Made by a program: the position numbers and the translations under genes. Under the pieces are notes generated by a model. The model did no database searches. It worked only from the letters and a program-made list of their open reading frames with translations, and was not told the DNA's origin. From Chrysochromulina tobinii (lineage: Eukaryota), in NCBI GenBank assembly GCA_001275005.1, contig JWZX01003399.1:51875-71874 (forward strand): a stretch of DNA of 20,000 nt, in the 5' to 3' direction. Of this stretch, positions 1-8,379 are shown piece after piece; position 1 is the first letter of the stretch; the number at the start of each line of letters is the position of its first letter.

Positions 1-1
1 G

Positions 2-3000
2 TCGAATACCCTTCGCTTTGATGATCTCATTGTGATTCTCATTATCCTCCGCAATGAAGGCGAGCACGCAGATGGCGTGCTCCTGTGATTGAGGACTGAT
101 CTTGCCGAGGGACAGCGACTGAATGACAGCAGGAATGCATCCCTCCATGACCAGACCGCGGCGTTGATTGCGGTCGTTGATCACCGTCAAGCTTGACAGG
201 GCATACTCTTGAGCCTCGACACGATCATCGTTCAAGCCTGCCTTGAGAAGGTCAACTAGCGGAGCCACGCCACCCTGCGTAGCCGCCTGCTTTTGATGTC
301 GCTTGGCGTCGCCCCCACTGGCATTGTTATTGCGCAGAGTGGTGCCGGCACGCTGACGAACATCAGCCTTGTTGCTGCTCAGCAGCTTGACCAGCTCTGT
401 GGTCACTTGGACACGCAAATCAGCCGAGACTTGTGCAAGATTCGAGAGTGCGTCCGAGGCCATGGACTGCGCTTCTTCAGACCCGCTCTTGAGCTGCCGC
501 ACGAGCTGAACGGCACAGCTCGTGCGAGTGAAAGCGTCCCGATTTTCAGCATTGAAGGACATAGTGTACAATACGCGCGTGGCGTGAGTCTGGGCTTCCA
601 GTTTCGACACTTGTGCGGCCGTTTGTTGTGACACTTCTGAAGTTTCCTCACCTGCGCTGGCGAGCATGGCAACCAGACCCGAGCATACAAAGAACTGGTT
701 TGACGGGTTATCTTTTGTCAAGGCCAACAGGGCGGCGTTCACGTGCTTCTTGGTTCCGGCGGAGCCTCCATCAAAGAGCGGAATGAGCAGATCCACGCCA
801 TTGGAATCTGCAATTAGGACGCGGTTATCGGCATTCGCCGCAAGCCGTTCGAGGGCGCCGCTCGCTGTCTCCCGGGCAGCTTTGTTGACCGCGACGTATT
901 TGAGAAGGCCGCAAAGCTTCGGAATGCCCCCGGCTTCGGCAATGAGCTCCTGATTGGTAGGCTCCTCCGAGAGGCTCCAAAGGGCACCGGCTGCATCATA
1001 GTGGATGTCGGGGTGATCATCGAGCAGAGCGATGAGCAACGGTATACCTCCCTGGTGAGCAATCAACTTCTGGTTGCGCTCGTGGCCCTTTGAGAGACTC
1101 CAGAGAGCTGAGCAAAGCTCCTGCTGCGTCTTATGATGCTCGCCCCTGTGTATACCCTCGTCATCTTCATTCGGATCATACTTGAAGGAGGCTAGAGTGG
1201 GCTGCCTTGTCAAATTGCCTTTAGACGCATTGTCAGATTTATGCAGTGTGTGCAGCTTGGGGGTAAGAAGAGAGACCGTGAGCTCGATGCATCCGGCAAA
1301 AGCGAGAGAATCCTGGTTGCGCCGTCCGACCACGTCGGCGAGATCAGCGCTTGCGAACCTCGAGATGGCACGCGCGGCTTTCTCCTGGGTATCACTCGAC
1401 GGACTCGAGTCGCGAAGAAGCTGGACCAGAAGCTGTGAGATCTTCGTCTGGTTCTGTTCGTGATTCAGTGCTAGACTGTGGAATGCGCCCGCTGCCTGTT
1501 CTTGACCTCGCGGTGTTGTCCGTCCCACGAGCTTAACGAGGGATTCCATGCCTCCTGCGCCTGCAATTAATGTCTGAATTTTAGTGTTCTTCGACGCGAG
1601 ACACCATAAGGCTCCAGCAGCTTCTTCTTTTGGTGATTCCGTCGGAGCACTGTTCACTAGAAAGATGAGAGGCTGAAGCGCTCCATGGTCGGTGAACGCT
1701 CCCTGAGTCAGCTTGTTGTCGCGGGCAAGCTCGGCAATGGCTTTAGATACATTTGCAAGGACCTGGACCTGTAACTCATCGATCGTTTCCTCTGTCGAAG
1801 GGCTTCGATTCGGTCCCACGCTCTTGGCCATCGCCGACACAGTCTTCTTGAGTAGCTCAACGAGAACGTTGACTCCATTTGCTTTCTGGACTATATCCTG
1901 GTTCGCCGGTCCGCCTGCTGCAATGCCTGAAAGAGCATACGCCGCCGCTTGTTGAGCTGACTTATTCTCCGTCCGCAGAAGAGTGATGAGTGGCTCCGTG
2001 CAATCCTTCTCGGCAGCGTCCGTGGATGACTTGGGATCCAACCATGCGATGACTCCAAGAATGCTTGAGGCCTTAGCCTTGCATTCTATGGCTTGCTTTG
2101 ATTTCAAGAGCGCGATCAACCTTGAGATGCCGCCTTCATTGGTCACAACGACGGCATGCTCTTTGTTGCAGCGGGTCATGTCATCAAGTACAGTTGTGGC
2201 ACAGCTCTGAGCTTCCTTACCAAGGTCCGTGCCGTCAGAGTCGAGAATTTTCACGAGCAGGGGAACACCACCGTGAGCCGCAATCGTCTTCACGTTCTCA
2301 TCCGAGTCACCGGACAAACGCGACATAACAGCTGCAGCGAGCATCCGGATCTTTGCATTAGCACTCTTGAGCTGATGGCAAAGCATCATGAAGGGCCCCG
2401 CGTTCGCAATAGCATGGCGGTTGGAGATATCTGTTTCTGAGCCGGACGACAGCGTGAGGAGAAGGCCCGTAACACACTCTTGAGCAAGGTCACTTCCAGC
2501 GCCGAGCAGCGCCACGAGTCCAATGGCGAGGCCGGTCATGATCTCAGCGTCACCACTGTTAGCTAGCGTGTAGAGCGTCTTAGACGCCGCTGCCCGTCCC
2601 TCTTCAGTTGCGCCGTTGCTCAACACCGACACCAACGGTGAGATGGCTCCAGCGCCCACAATCACCAAGGGACACTTGGGGTGACTCTGGGCGAGCGCTT
2701 GAAGGTCGTGCGCAGCGCGCGACACGACACTTGCGTCGGTGTTATCGAGCAAGCCGACGAGGCGCTTAGCAATCTGAGCCTGGTTATCGCTATTTTCAAT
2801 TGCAAGTCGCGCCAAACCCTTGGAGGCGTACCGGATCCCCTCTTCATTGCTATCAGAGAAGAGGGATACAAGGGGTCTGATGCCGCCGTTAGCTGCGATC
2901 GCCCTCTGCAATTCTTTGTCCATGGCCAGGTGCCAAAAGCACGCGGCAGCTTTGATTTTGCCTTCCATGCGACCGTGCTCACACAGCTTCACTAAAGGTG

Positions 3001-6000
3001 GCACTCCACCAGCGTCGAGAATGGCCAGGATCACGTTGTCGCGCCGTCGGTTTTTGAAGGTTTCATCTGAGAGACTCGTGCTGTGGGTGGCATCTGTTTC
3101 GAGTCGGCTCGACTCATCTGGATCCTCTTCCTTCGACTCTCGGTGAGTTCTGTTGTGCCCCGAAACATAGCCATCGAGCAGCTCCGCTATGGCGGCTGCA
3201 CATGCGTTCTGAGCCTTTGGCGTGCCGCTTTTCACGAGAGTGACTAGATCCACCAAGAAAGATGGGTAGCGAATCAACTTCTTCTGATTACCAGTATCAT
3301 GGCAGAGCGACCAAAGCGTTGACGCGGCAGCCTCTTGAGCAAGTTGACTGCCGTCGCGAATGAGCGATAAGAGGGGCGGCACGCCGTTTTCCTGTAGGAC
3401 GGCATCCTGCATGCACTTATTGCGTGACGTAAGACGTGCGAGGGTGCTTGCGGCCTGCTCTTGCATGCCAATTCGTGCTTGAAATGCAACTCCGCTTCCC
3501 ACGAATAACTCTGGGATGTCGGTGCAGCCCTGGATGCCTACACCAACCACGGACCAGCCTCCGATGACTGCAGGTTTGAGGATCTCCCCAGGATTGAGGT
3601 TTGATCCGTCTAGCATCGCGATAAGCGTCGGAATTCCACCAGCCTCTTTGATGTGCATGCGCCTTTGCTCAGAGCCCACCATCGAAAAATGAAAACCTTC
3701 ATCATCAGAGGCGAACTCGATGTCGTCGACGTTGAGTTCATCGTCATCGATTTCATCCCCTGCATCCACTCCAGCTGCACTGTCATCAAGTGCATGGGGA
3801 TCCGCTTCCTCAGCCTCCACCTTTGCATCCTTCGCTCCCGTCTCCTTCTCGTGCATGTGTTCGTCTTTGTCATCGTCGACGGCGAGGTGAGCAAGGGCAC
3901 GCGCGGCTGTCTCCGGCGTGCCAAGACCCTTATCGCTCAGGAGCTTGACCAATGGTTCGATCGCTCCAGCGTTCGCAATAATGTCACGATTCCTGGTGAC
4001 AAGTGCTAGGGCGGCGAGGGCAGATGCAGAAATCTGTTGGGTGCCGGGGGAACCTTTGGTGAGGAGGCGTACCAGTGGCTTAATGCTACCTGCTTTCGCA
4101 ATGCTCGCTGAAGCCGAAGGGCTACCCTCCGCCAGCCGAACCAGTGTCATCGCTGCAAGCTGCGGGCCGCTGTCGCTCTCGGCACGCAGAAGCTTGACTA
4201 GAGGCACAATGGCGTTGGCTTGAAGGATCTTTCGACGGTTCGCAGGCAGCGTTGCAAGGTGCCACAGCGCACACGTAGCTTTCTCCTTGGCCTCTAGAGA
4301 ACTCTTTTTGACGATTTCCACAAGATTTGGGATGGCACCAAGCCTCCCAACGATCGATTGCGTCGCGGCGTTATTCCCAACGATCGCGAGCAATGCCTTT
4401 GCGACTGGCAGTTGGACCGTCTCGTCAGCCATGGCCACGCCCATCCACGCAATTAGAAACTGTATACCACCGCCCTTGGAGAACGCGTCCTGATTCGGGC
4501 CATCATCCTCGCACAATGTGCCCACTGCGAGCAAGAAGCGCCTCGCGCGAGCTGCAGATGTGTTTGTATCCAGTGAAGCAATCATCTTTTTTGTGATGAT
4601 GGCACGATTCTCGTTGTGACTTGTCGCCAGGGCGGCGAGCGCTCCAGCTGCGTGTGCTGACGATGCATCTGAAGCGCCGAAGGCCAACATGCTCAGCAGC
4701 GGGTCGATACCTCCTAGTTGCGCGATCATTGTCTTGATGGGAGTGTTGTCTTTCGCGAGCGACCACAGAACGGCTGCAGATTCCTCCTTGGTCTCTGCTG
4801 AGCCATCACGCACGTTGGCGCATATGGGAGGAATCGCTCCAGCCTTCTGAATCGCAGACTGATTATCTGGATGGTCCCTGGCGAGAGCAGCGAGTGCGCC
4901 AGCTGCATTTGCTTTTAGCTTGCTCACCGGGTGGCTCAGCAGACTCACCAACGGAATATGAGCGCCTTCGTTCAAGGATAGAGTCTGTATGTACTTATTC
5001 TCGTTTGCTAGGTTTCGGATTGCTTCAGCCGTCAGCTCACAGAGCTTGACGCCCGTAGCTTCCTTAAGATAGACGGTGAGAGTCTGCACGAGGATGGCTA
5101 CGCCCTGGGCTGCAGCAATGGCCGCCTGCGTCTTCTTGTTCTGATAGGCGAGCTTTGAGAGGGCGCTCACCGCATTCTCGAGCACAGTTGTTGACTTCTC
5201 CTTGAGAAGCTCGAGAAGCTTCGGAATGCCGCCAGCCTCGAGAATACTGATGCGGTTCTCCGTGGACTCGCGTGCCAGGTTGACAAGCGCAGCAGTTGCT
5301 TCCTCCTTTGCCGACATCGTTTGGCTAGCTTCCAACATACCCACGAGGCGTTGGATGATGATGACACGAGTAGGTTTCTCAATCGAGAGCTTCACGAGCG
5401 CAGCCTCCGCATGCCCACGTGAGACCTGGTTTGAACTGCCGAGGAGCAGCACCAGGGGAGCGATGCCTCCCGACTCGGTAATGAGGATGCGGCATTTCTC
5501 TGTCTGAGCAAGTGCGACTAGCGCACCACCGGCCTCCTCCTGAGCCTCGCTTCCCATGGTACCGTTCAGCAGGCTGACGAGGGGTGGAATCGCGCCAGCA
5601 GCGGCGATCTCGTTGGCCTTCTCTATGGTTGCCCTTGGCGGCGCGATCGGCGCGATCGGCGTGGACGTCACACTTTTCTTATCGGGAGACGGAGAGATGA
5701 TATCTTTCCTGTCCACATCTTTCTTTTCCTGCGATTCGACATCGTAAGCGAGTCGGGCAAGCGTCGCAGCAGCATATCGTTTCGAAGCCTTCAGAGAGGT
5801 CTCCGCAATCCACTTCTTCATATCCTCGGTTTGCTCTAGCCGGTTTGCGGTACTCGCTTTCGCAGTCTCTATGATCGCTTTGAAGTCAGCTGCTTGGTGG
5901 TGGTTTATCTTAGTCGACATCATGGTTGCTTGCCGCAATCGTTCTTTCAAGCTGAGTTTTGGCTGAGATTTCACTTCACCGAGTAGCGCGACGAGAGGAA

Positions 6001-7807
6001 GAATGCCCCCGCCCTGATCGATGGCAACCTTGTTGGACGGAATGCAGGAGAGCTCGGAAAGACAGGCAGCGGCGTACTCCGGTGAGCGGCCCTCCCCGCT
6101 GCTGAGCAATTTGATCAGCGGCGTGATTGCTCCTTGCTGGGCAATCGCCTGCTGCGTGGTCTCGTTACCAATCGCTAGACGGTGCAGGGCGCACGCCGCT
6201 TGCTCACATACTTTGGGATCGCCCTGGGCGCTCAGCAGCTCTACTAAAGGTGCGATACCTCCGGTGTCAGCCACTATCTGTTGGCTCTCCGAGTCGATGG
6301 ACAAGGAGAGGCTCCATAGTGCGTAAGCTTGCGCCGCTGGCTTCTTGGTGATCAGAAGGCGCACTTGAGGCTCAGTTCCACCCGCCTTGGCTATCATCAT
6401 CTCCTGCCCTGGGTTCTCCCCAACCATTCGCCAAAGAGCTTGCGCAGCCCGATCTTGGGTTCCACCACTAGCTTCCTCGAGGAGACGAACGAGCAGGCTT
6501 GCGATCTGCGCTTGATTACTATTGTGGCCAAAAGCTAGCGATGAGAGAGCGTTTGCTGCGTTGGTTTGAGCGCGCTCACCATCCGATGCCAGCTGCGTGA
6601 TCAGGGGAGGGATGGCCATGGCTTCTGCGATGGCGTCTTTGTTCTCAGGATGATCCTCGGAGAGCGCCCAAAAGGCCCCCCCGACCTCAGCCTCAACCTG
6701 GGGAGAGTTGGACTCCGTCAGCAGCAAGACGAGGTTTACGACGGCCCCGTCCTTGACGATCGCAGTCTGCAGCTCCTTGTTGTGTCGAGAGATCTCCGCG
6801 AGGGCCAGTACCGCCTGCGCCTGCACGTCTGCCGAATGTCCCTGTCCAAGGTCGGTCAGTTTCACCAACGGGCCGATGCCACCCATGCGAGCAATGCTGT
6901 CTTGATTGGCGCGGTGTTTGAGCGCCAGCATGGCGATTGCGGTCGCCGCGTTTCGCTCACAGGACTCGTGACGAGACTCCAGCAGCACCAGCAGAGGTCT
7001 GATGACTCCCGCCTTGGCGATCACATCCTGCCGCTCTCCCGTGGAGACAGCCGCGAGCGCAGATGCCGCCTGCGCCTGCGCTTCTCTATTCATGACAGTG
7101 AGCAACGCAATCAGCTTGGGTATACCACCAAGCTGGTGGACCTCCGCCTGGTTGGCCTCGTTGTCACGCGACAGCTCAGCGATGGCGTGCGCTGCTGCCT
7201 CCTGAGCCTTTCCTTGGCCGAGGAGCCCAACGAGCAAAGGCAGTGCGCCCACTTTGGCGACTGCGTCTCGAGCCATCGCACTCGCCTCGGCAAACCGCGC
7301 AAGTGACTCACAAACGTGCACCTGCGTTTCCACACTGCCATTTTTGAGCAGGTTCACAAGTGGCGCCACAGCCCCAGCTTTGATGAAGGCTGCGCGAGAG
7401 GGCTTCAGTATTGATATAGTCTCGATGGCAGCCGCGGCCTGCTCTTGGAGCGCGGAATCGCCCGCTTTGACCGCATTTGTCAATGCCAGCACCACGCCAG
7501 CGTCGACAATCTGCATCCTGGACTTTTCGGGGCCGTTTGCGATCTTCGAGATTGCAACGCAGGCGTGTGTTTGCGCAGACGAGCTCCCATTCGCGATGAG
7601 GGTCACCAACGGCTTGATGGCGCCCGCCTCCGCAATTGCATCAGCATTCCCTTGGTTCTGCTCGGCCAGGCTGCGAATCTGCCCGGAAGCTTTTTCCTTG
7701 GCCTCCATGCTGCCAGCAGTCACCGCCTCGACGAGCTGTCTGATGAGTTCCTCGAGACTGCCTGCGATCTTGATGTCCCTGTCGGTGACCCGCGATAGCT
7801 TGACCAT
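2..7807 (-). CDS. Giant armadillo (ARM) repeat protein, Vac8/importin-alpha/beta-catenin-like solenoid, at least 2,602 aa, 3'-partial (continues past the left edge)
   Basis: Manual translation from ATG 7807 (GAAATGG context, in-frame TAG upstream at 7817-7819): MVKLSRVTDRDIKIAGSLEELIRQLVEAVTAGSMEAKEKASGQIRSLAEQNQGNADAIAEAGAIKPLVTLIANG... ending ...NHNEIIKAKGIR at position 2. It contains dozens of ARM consensus units, e.g. AGAIPPLVSLL, GGIPKLLELL, KEEAAGALWCLA, NQELIAEAGGIPKLCGLL. The frame is the same at spot checks (7807, 3602, 2342, 2). The ORF track lists no terminated ORF in this frame, consistent with no internal stop. Confidence 0.93.
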   Translation of the reverse strand, partial: MVKLSRVTDRDIKIAGSLEELIRQLVEAVTAGSMEAKEKASGQIRSLAEQNQGNADAIAEAGAIKPLVTLIANGSSSAQTHACVAISKIANGPEKSRMQIVDAGVVLALTNAVKAGDSALQEQAAAAIETISILKPSRAAFIKAGAVAPLVNLLKNGSVETQVHVCESLARFAEASAMARDAVAKVGALPLLVGLLGQGKAQEAAAHAIAELSRDNEANQAEVHQLGGIPKLIALLTVMNREAQAQAASALAAVSTGERQDVIAKAGVIRPLLVLLESRHESCERNAATAIAMLALKHRANQDSIARMGGIGPLVKLTDLGQGHSADVQAQAVLALAEISRHNKELQTAIVKDGAVVNLVLLLTESNSPQVEAEVGGAFWALSEDHPENKDAIAEAMAIPPLITQLASDGERAQTNAANALSSLAFGHNSNQAQIASLLVRLLEEASGGTQDRAAQALWRMVGENPGQEMMIAKAGGTEPQVRLLITKKPAAQAYALWSLSLSIDSESQQIVADTGGIAPLVELLSAQGDPKVCEQAACALHRLAIGNETTQQAIAQQGAITPLIKLLSSGEGRSPEYAAACLSELSCIPSNKVAIDQGGGILPLVALLGEVKSQPKLSLKERLRQATMMSTKINHHQAADFKAIIETAKASTANRLEQTEDMKKWIAETSLKASKRYAAATLARLAYDVESQEKKDVDRKDIISPSPDKKSVTSTPIAPIAPPRATIEKANEIAAAGAIPPLVSLLNGTMGSEAQEEAGGALVALAQTEKCRILITESGGIAPLVLLLGSSNQVSRGHAEAALVKLSIEKPTRVIIIQRLVGMLEASQTMSAKEEATAALVNLARESTENRISILEAGGIPKLLELLKEKSTTVLENAVSALSKLAYQNKKTQAAIAAAQGVAILVQTLTVYLKEATGVKLCELTAEAIRNLANENKYIQTLSLNEGAHIPLVSLLSHPVSKLKANAAGALAALARDHPDNQSAIQKAGAIPPICANVRDGSAETKEESAAVLWSLAKDNTPIKTMIAQLGGIDPLLSMLAFGASDASSAHAAGALAALATSHNENRAIITKKMIASLDTNTSAARARRFLLAVGTLCEDDGPNQDAFSKGGGIQFLIAWMGVAMADETVQLPVAKALLAIVGNNAATQSIVGRLGAIPNLVEIVKKSSLEAKEKATCALWHLATLPANRRKILQANAIVPLVKLLRAESDSGPQLAAMTLVRLAEGSPSASASIAKAGSIKPLVRLLTKGSPGTQQISASALAALALVTRNRDIIANAGAIEPLVKLLSDKGLGTPETAARALAHLAVDDDKDEHMHEKETGAKDAKVEAEEADPHALDDSAAGVDAGDEIDDDELNVDDIEFASDDEGFHFSMVGSEQRRMHIKEAGGIPTLIAMLDGSNLNPGEILKPAVIGGWSVVGVGIQGCTDIPELFVGSGVAFQARIGMQEQAASTLARLTSRNKCMQDAVLQENGVPPLLSLIRDGSQLAQEAAASTLWSLCHDTGNQKKLIRYPSFLVDLVTLVKSGTPKAQNACAAAIAELLDGYVSGHNRTHRESKEEDPDESSRLETDATHSTSLSDETFKNRRRDNVILAILDAGGVPPLVKLCEHGRMEGKIKAAACFWHLAMDKELQRAIAANGGIRPLVSLFSDSNEEGIRYASKGLARLAIENSDNQAQIAKRLVGLLDNTDASVVSRAAHDLQALAQSHPKCPLVIVGAGAISPLVSVLSNGATEEGRAAASKTLYTLANSGDAEIMTGLAIGLVALLGAGSDLAQECVTGLLLTLSSGSETDISNRHAIANAGPFMMLCHQLKSANAKIRMLAAAVMSRLSGDSDENVKTIAAHGGVPLLVKILDSDGTDLGKEAQSCATTVLDDMTRCNKEHAVVVTNEGGISRLIALLKSKQAIECKAKASSILGVIAWLDPKSSTDAAEKDCTEPLITLLRTENKSAQQAAAYALSGIAAGGPANQDIVQKANGVNVLVELLKKTVSAMAKSVGPNRSPSTEETIDELQVQVLANVSKAIAELARDNKLTQGAFTDHGALQPLIFLVNSAPTESPKEEAAGALWCLASKNTKIQTLIAGAGGMESLVKLVGRTTPRGQEQAAGAFHSLALNHEQNQTKISQLLVQLLRDSSPSSDTQEKAARAISRFASADLADVVGRRNQDSLAFAGCIELTVSLLTPKLHTLHKSDNASKGNLTRQPTLASFKYDPNEDDEGIHRGEHHKTQQELCSALWSLSKGHERNQKLIAHQGGIPLLIALLDDHPDIHYDAAGALWSLSEEPTNQELIAEAGGIPKLCGLLKYVAVNKAARETASGALERLAANADNRVLIADSNGVDLLIPLFDGGSAGTKKHVNAALLALTKDNPSNQFFVCSGLVAMLASAGEETSEVSQQTAAQVSKLEAQTHATRVLYTMSFNAENRDAFTRTSCAVQLVRQLKSGSEEAQSMASDALSNLAQVSADLRVQVTTELVKLLSSNKADVRQRAGTTLRNNNASGGDAKRHQKQAATQGGVAPLVDLLKAGLNDDRVEAQEYALSSLTVINDRNQRRGLVMEGCIPAVIQSLSLGKISPQSQEHAICVLAFIAEDNENHNEIIKAKGIR

Positions 7808-8379
7808 TTCGCCAATCTAGGAGCCCCCACGCTGGGCGACTCCTGTTTGCGTCTTCCAGCCAGCGCGCGCGCTCACGAGGCGAGCACGCGACGAGCGAAA
7901 GAACTCCTGGATTCAGCCAAATCGATGGGCTTCTCCGAAACTTTCTGTACCCAAGTTTATAGTTTTTGGACGGATTTCAGCAGATTTTGTTCTATTTCTT
8001 CCCCGACGCCCCGCGAGTGTACGGGATTTATGTCAAGAGTTTCTTAAGCGTGTCTGAATACCGACTGTACTTGAGAGCCGTGTGCCACAGACGGCATTAA
8101 GGCTCAAGGGCGGTGGCCAGCGCCTAGTCCTCTCTCAGATTCACTTCCGACTCCGTGCGCTGCGTGCTCAGTTCTGTCCGCGCTCGAACCTCGATTCGCT
8201 CGCGCCCTTCGCGTCACGCGCCAACGGCTCTGGTCCATCCTTCGGTCCACCAAAATGCCGGCTGCTGCAACGACGTCGACACCAACTGCCAACTCTTCGA
8301 GCCTGGCTCTGCGCTCCGCCACCTCTGGAGCCCACGACACCAATGACCACTGGTGACTCCGCCGCCGTCCAGTCCATGG

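Noticed and set aside
2..7807. Possibility of a pseudogene or alternative genetic code explaining why the ARM gene is absent from the track
   Set aside because: The frame is continuous in the standard code. It is unlisted only because its stop is outside the window, and neighbouring genes end at normal TAG/TGA.
293..7820. Dozens of 60-250 aa track ORFs on both strands
   Set aside because: They are antisense or off-frame shadows of the single ARM-repeat frame and have no recognisable motifs.
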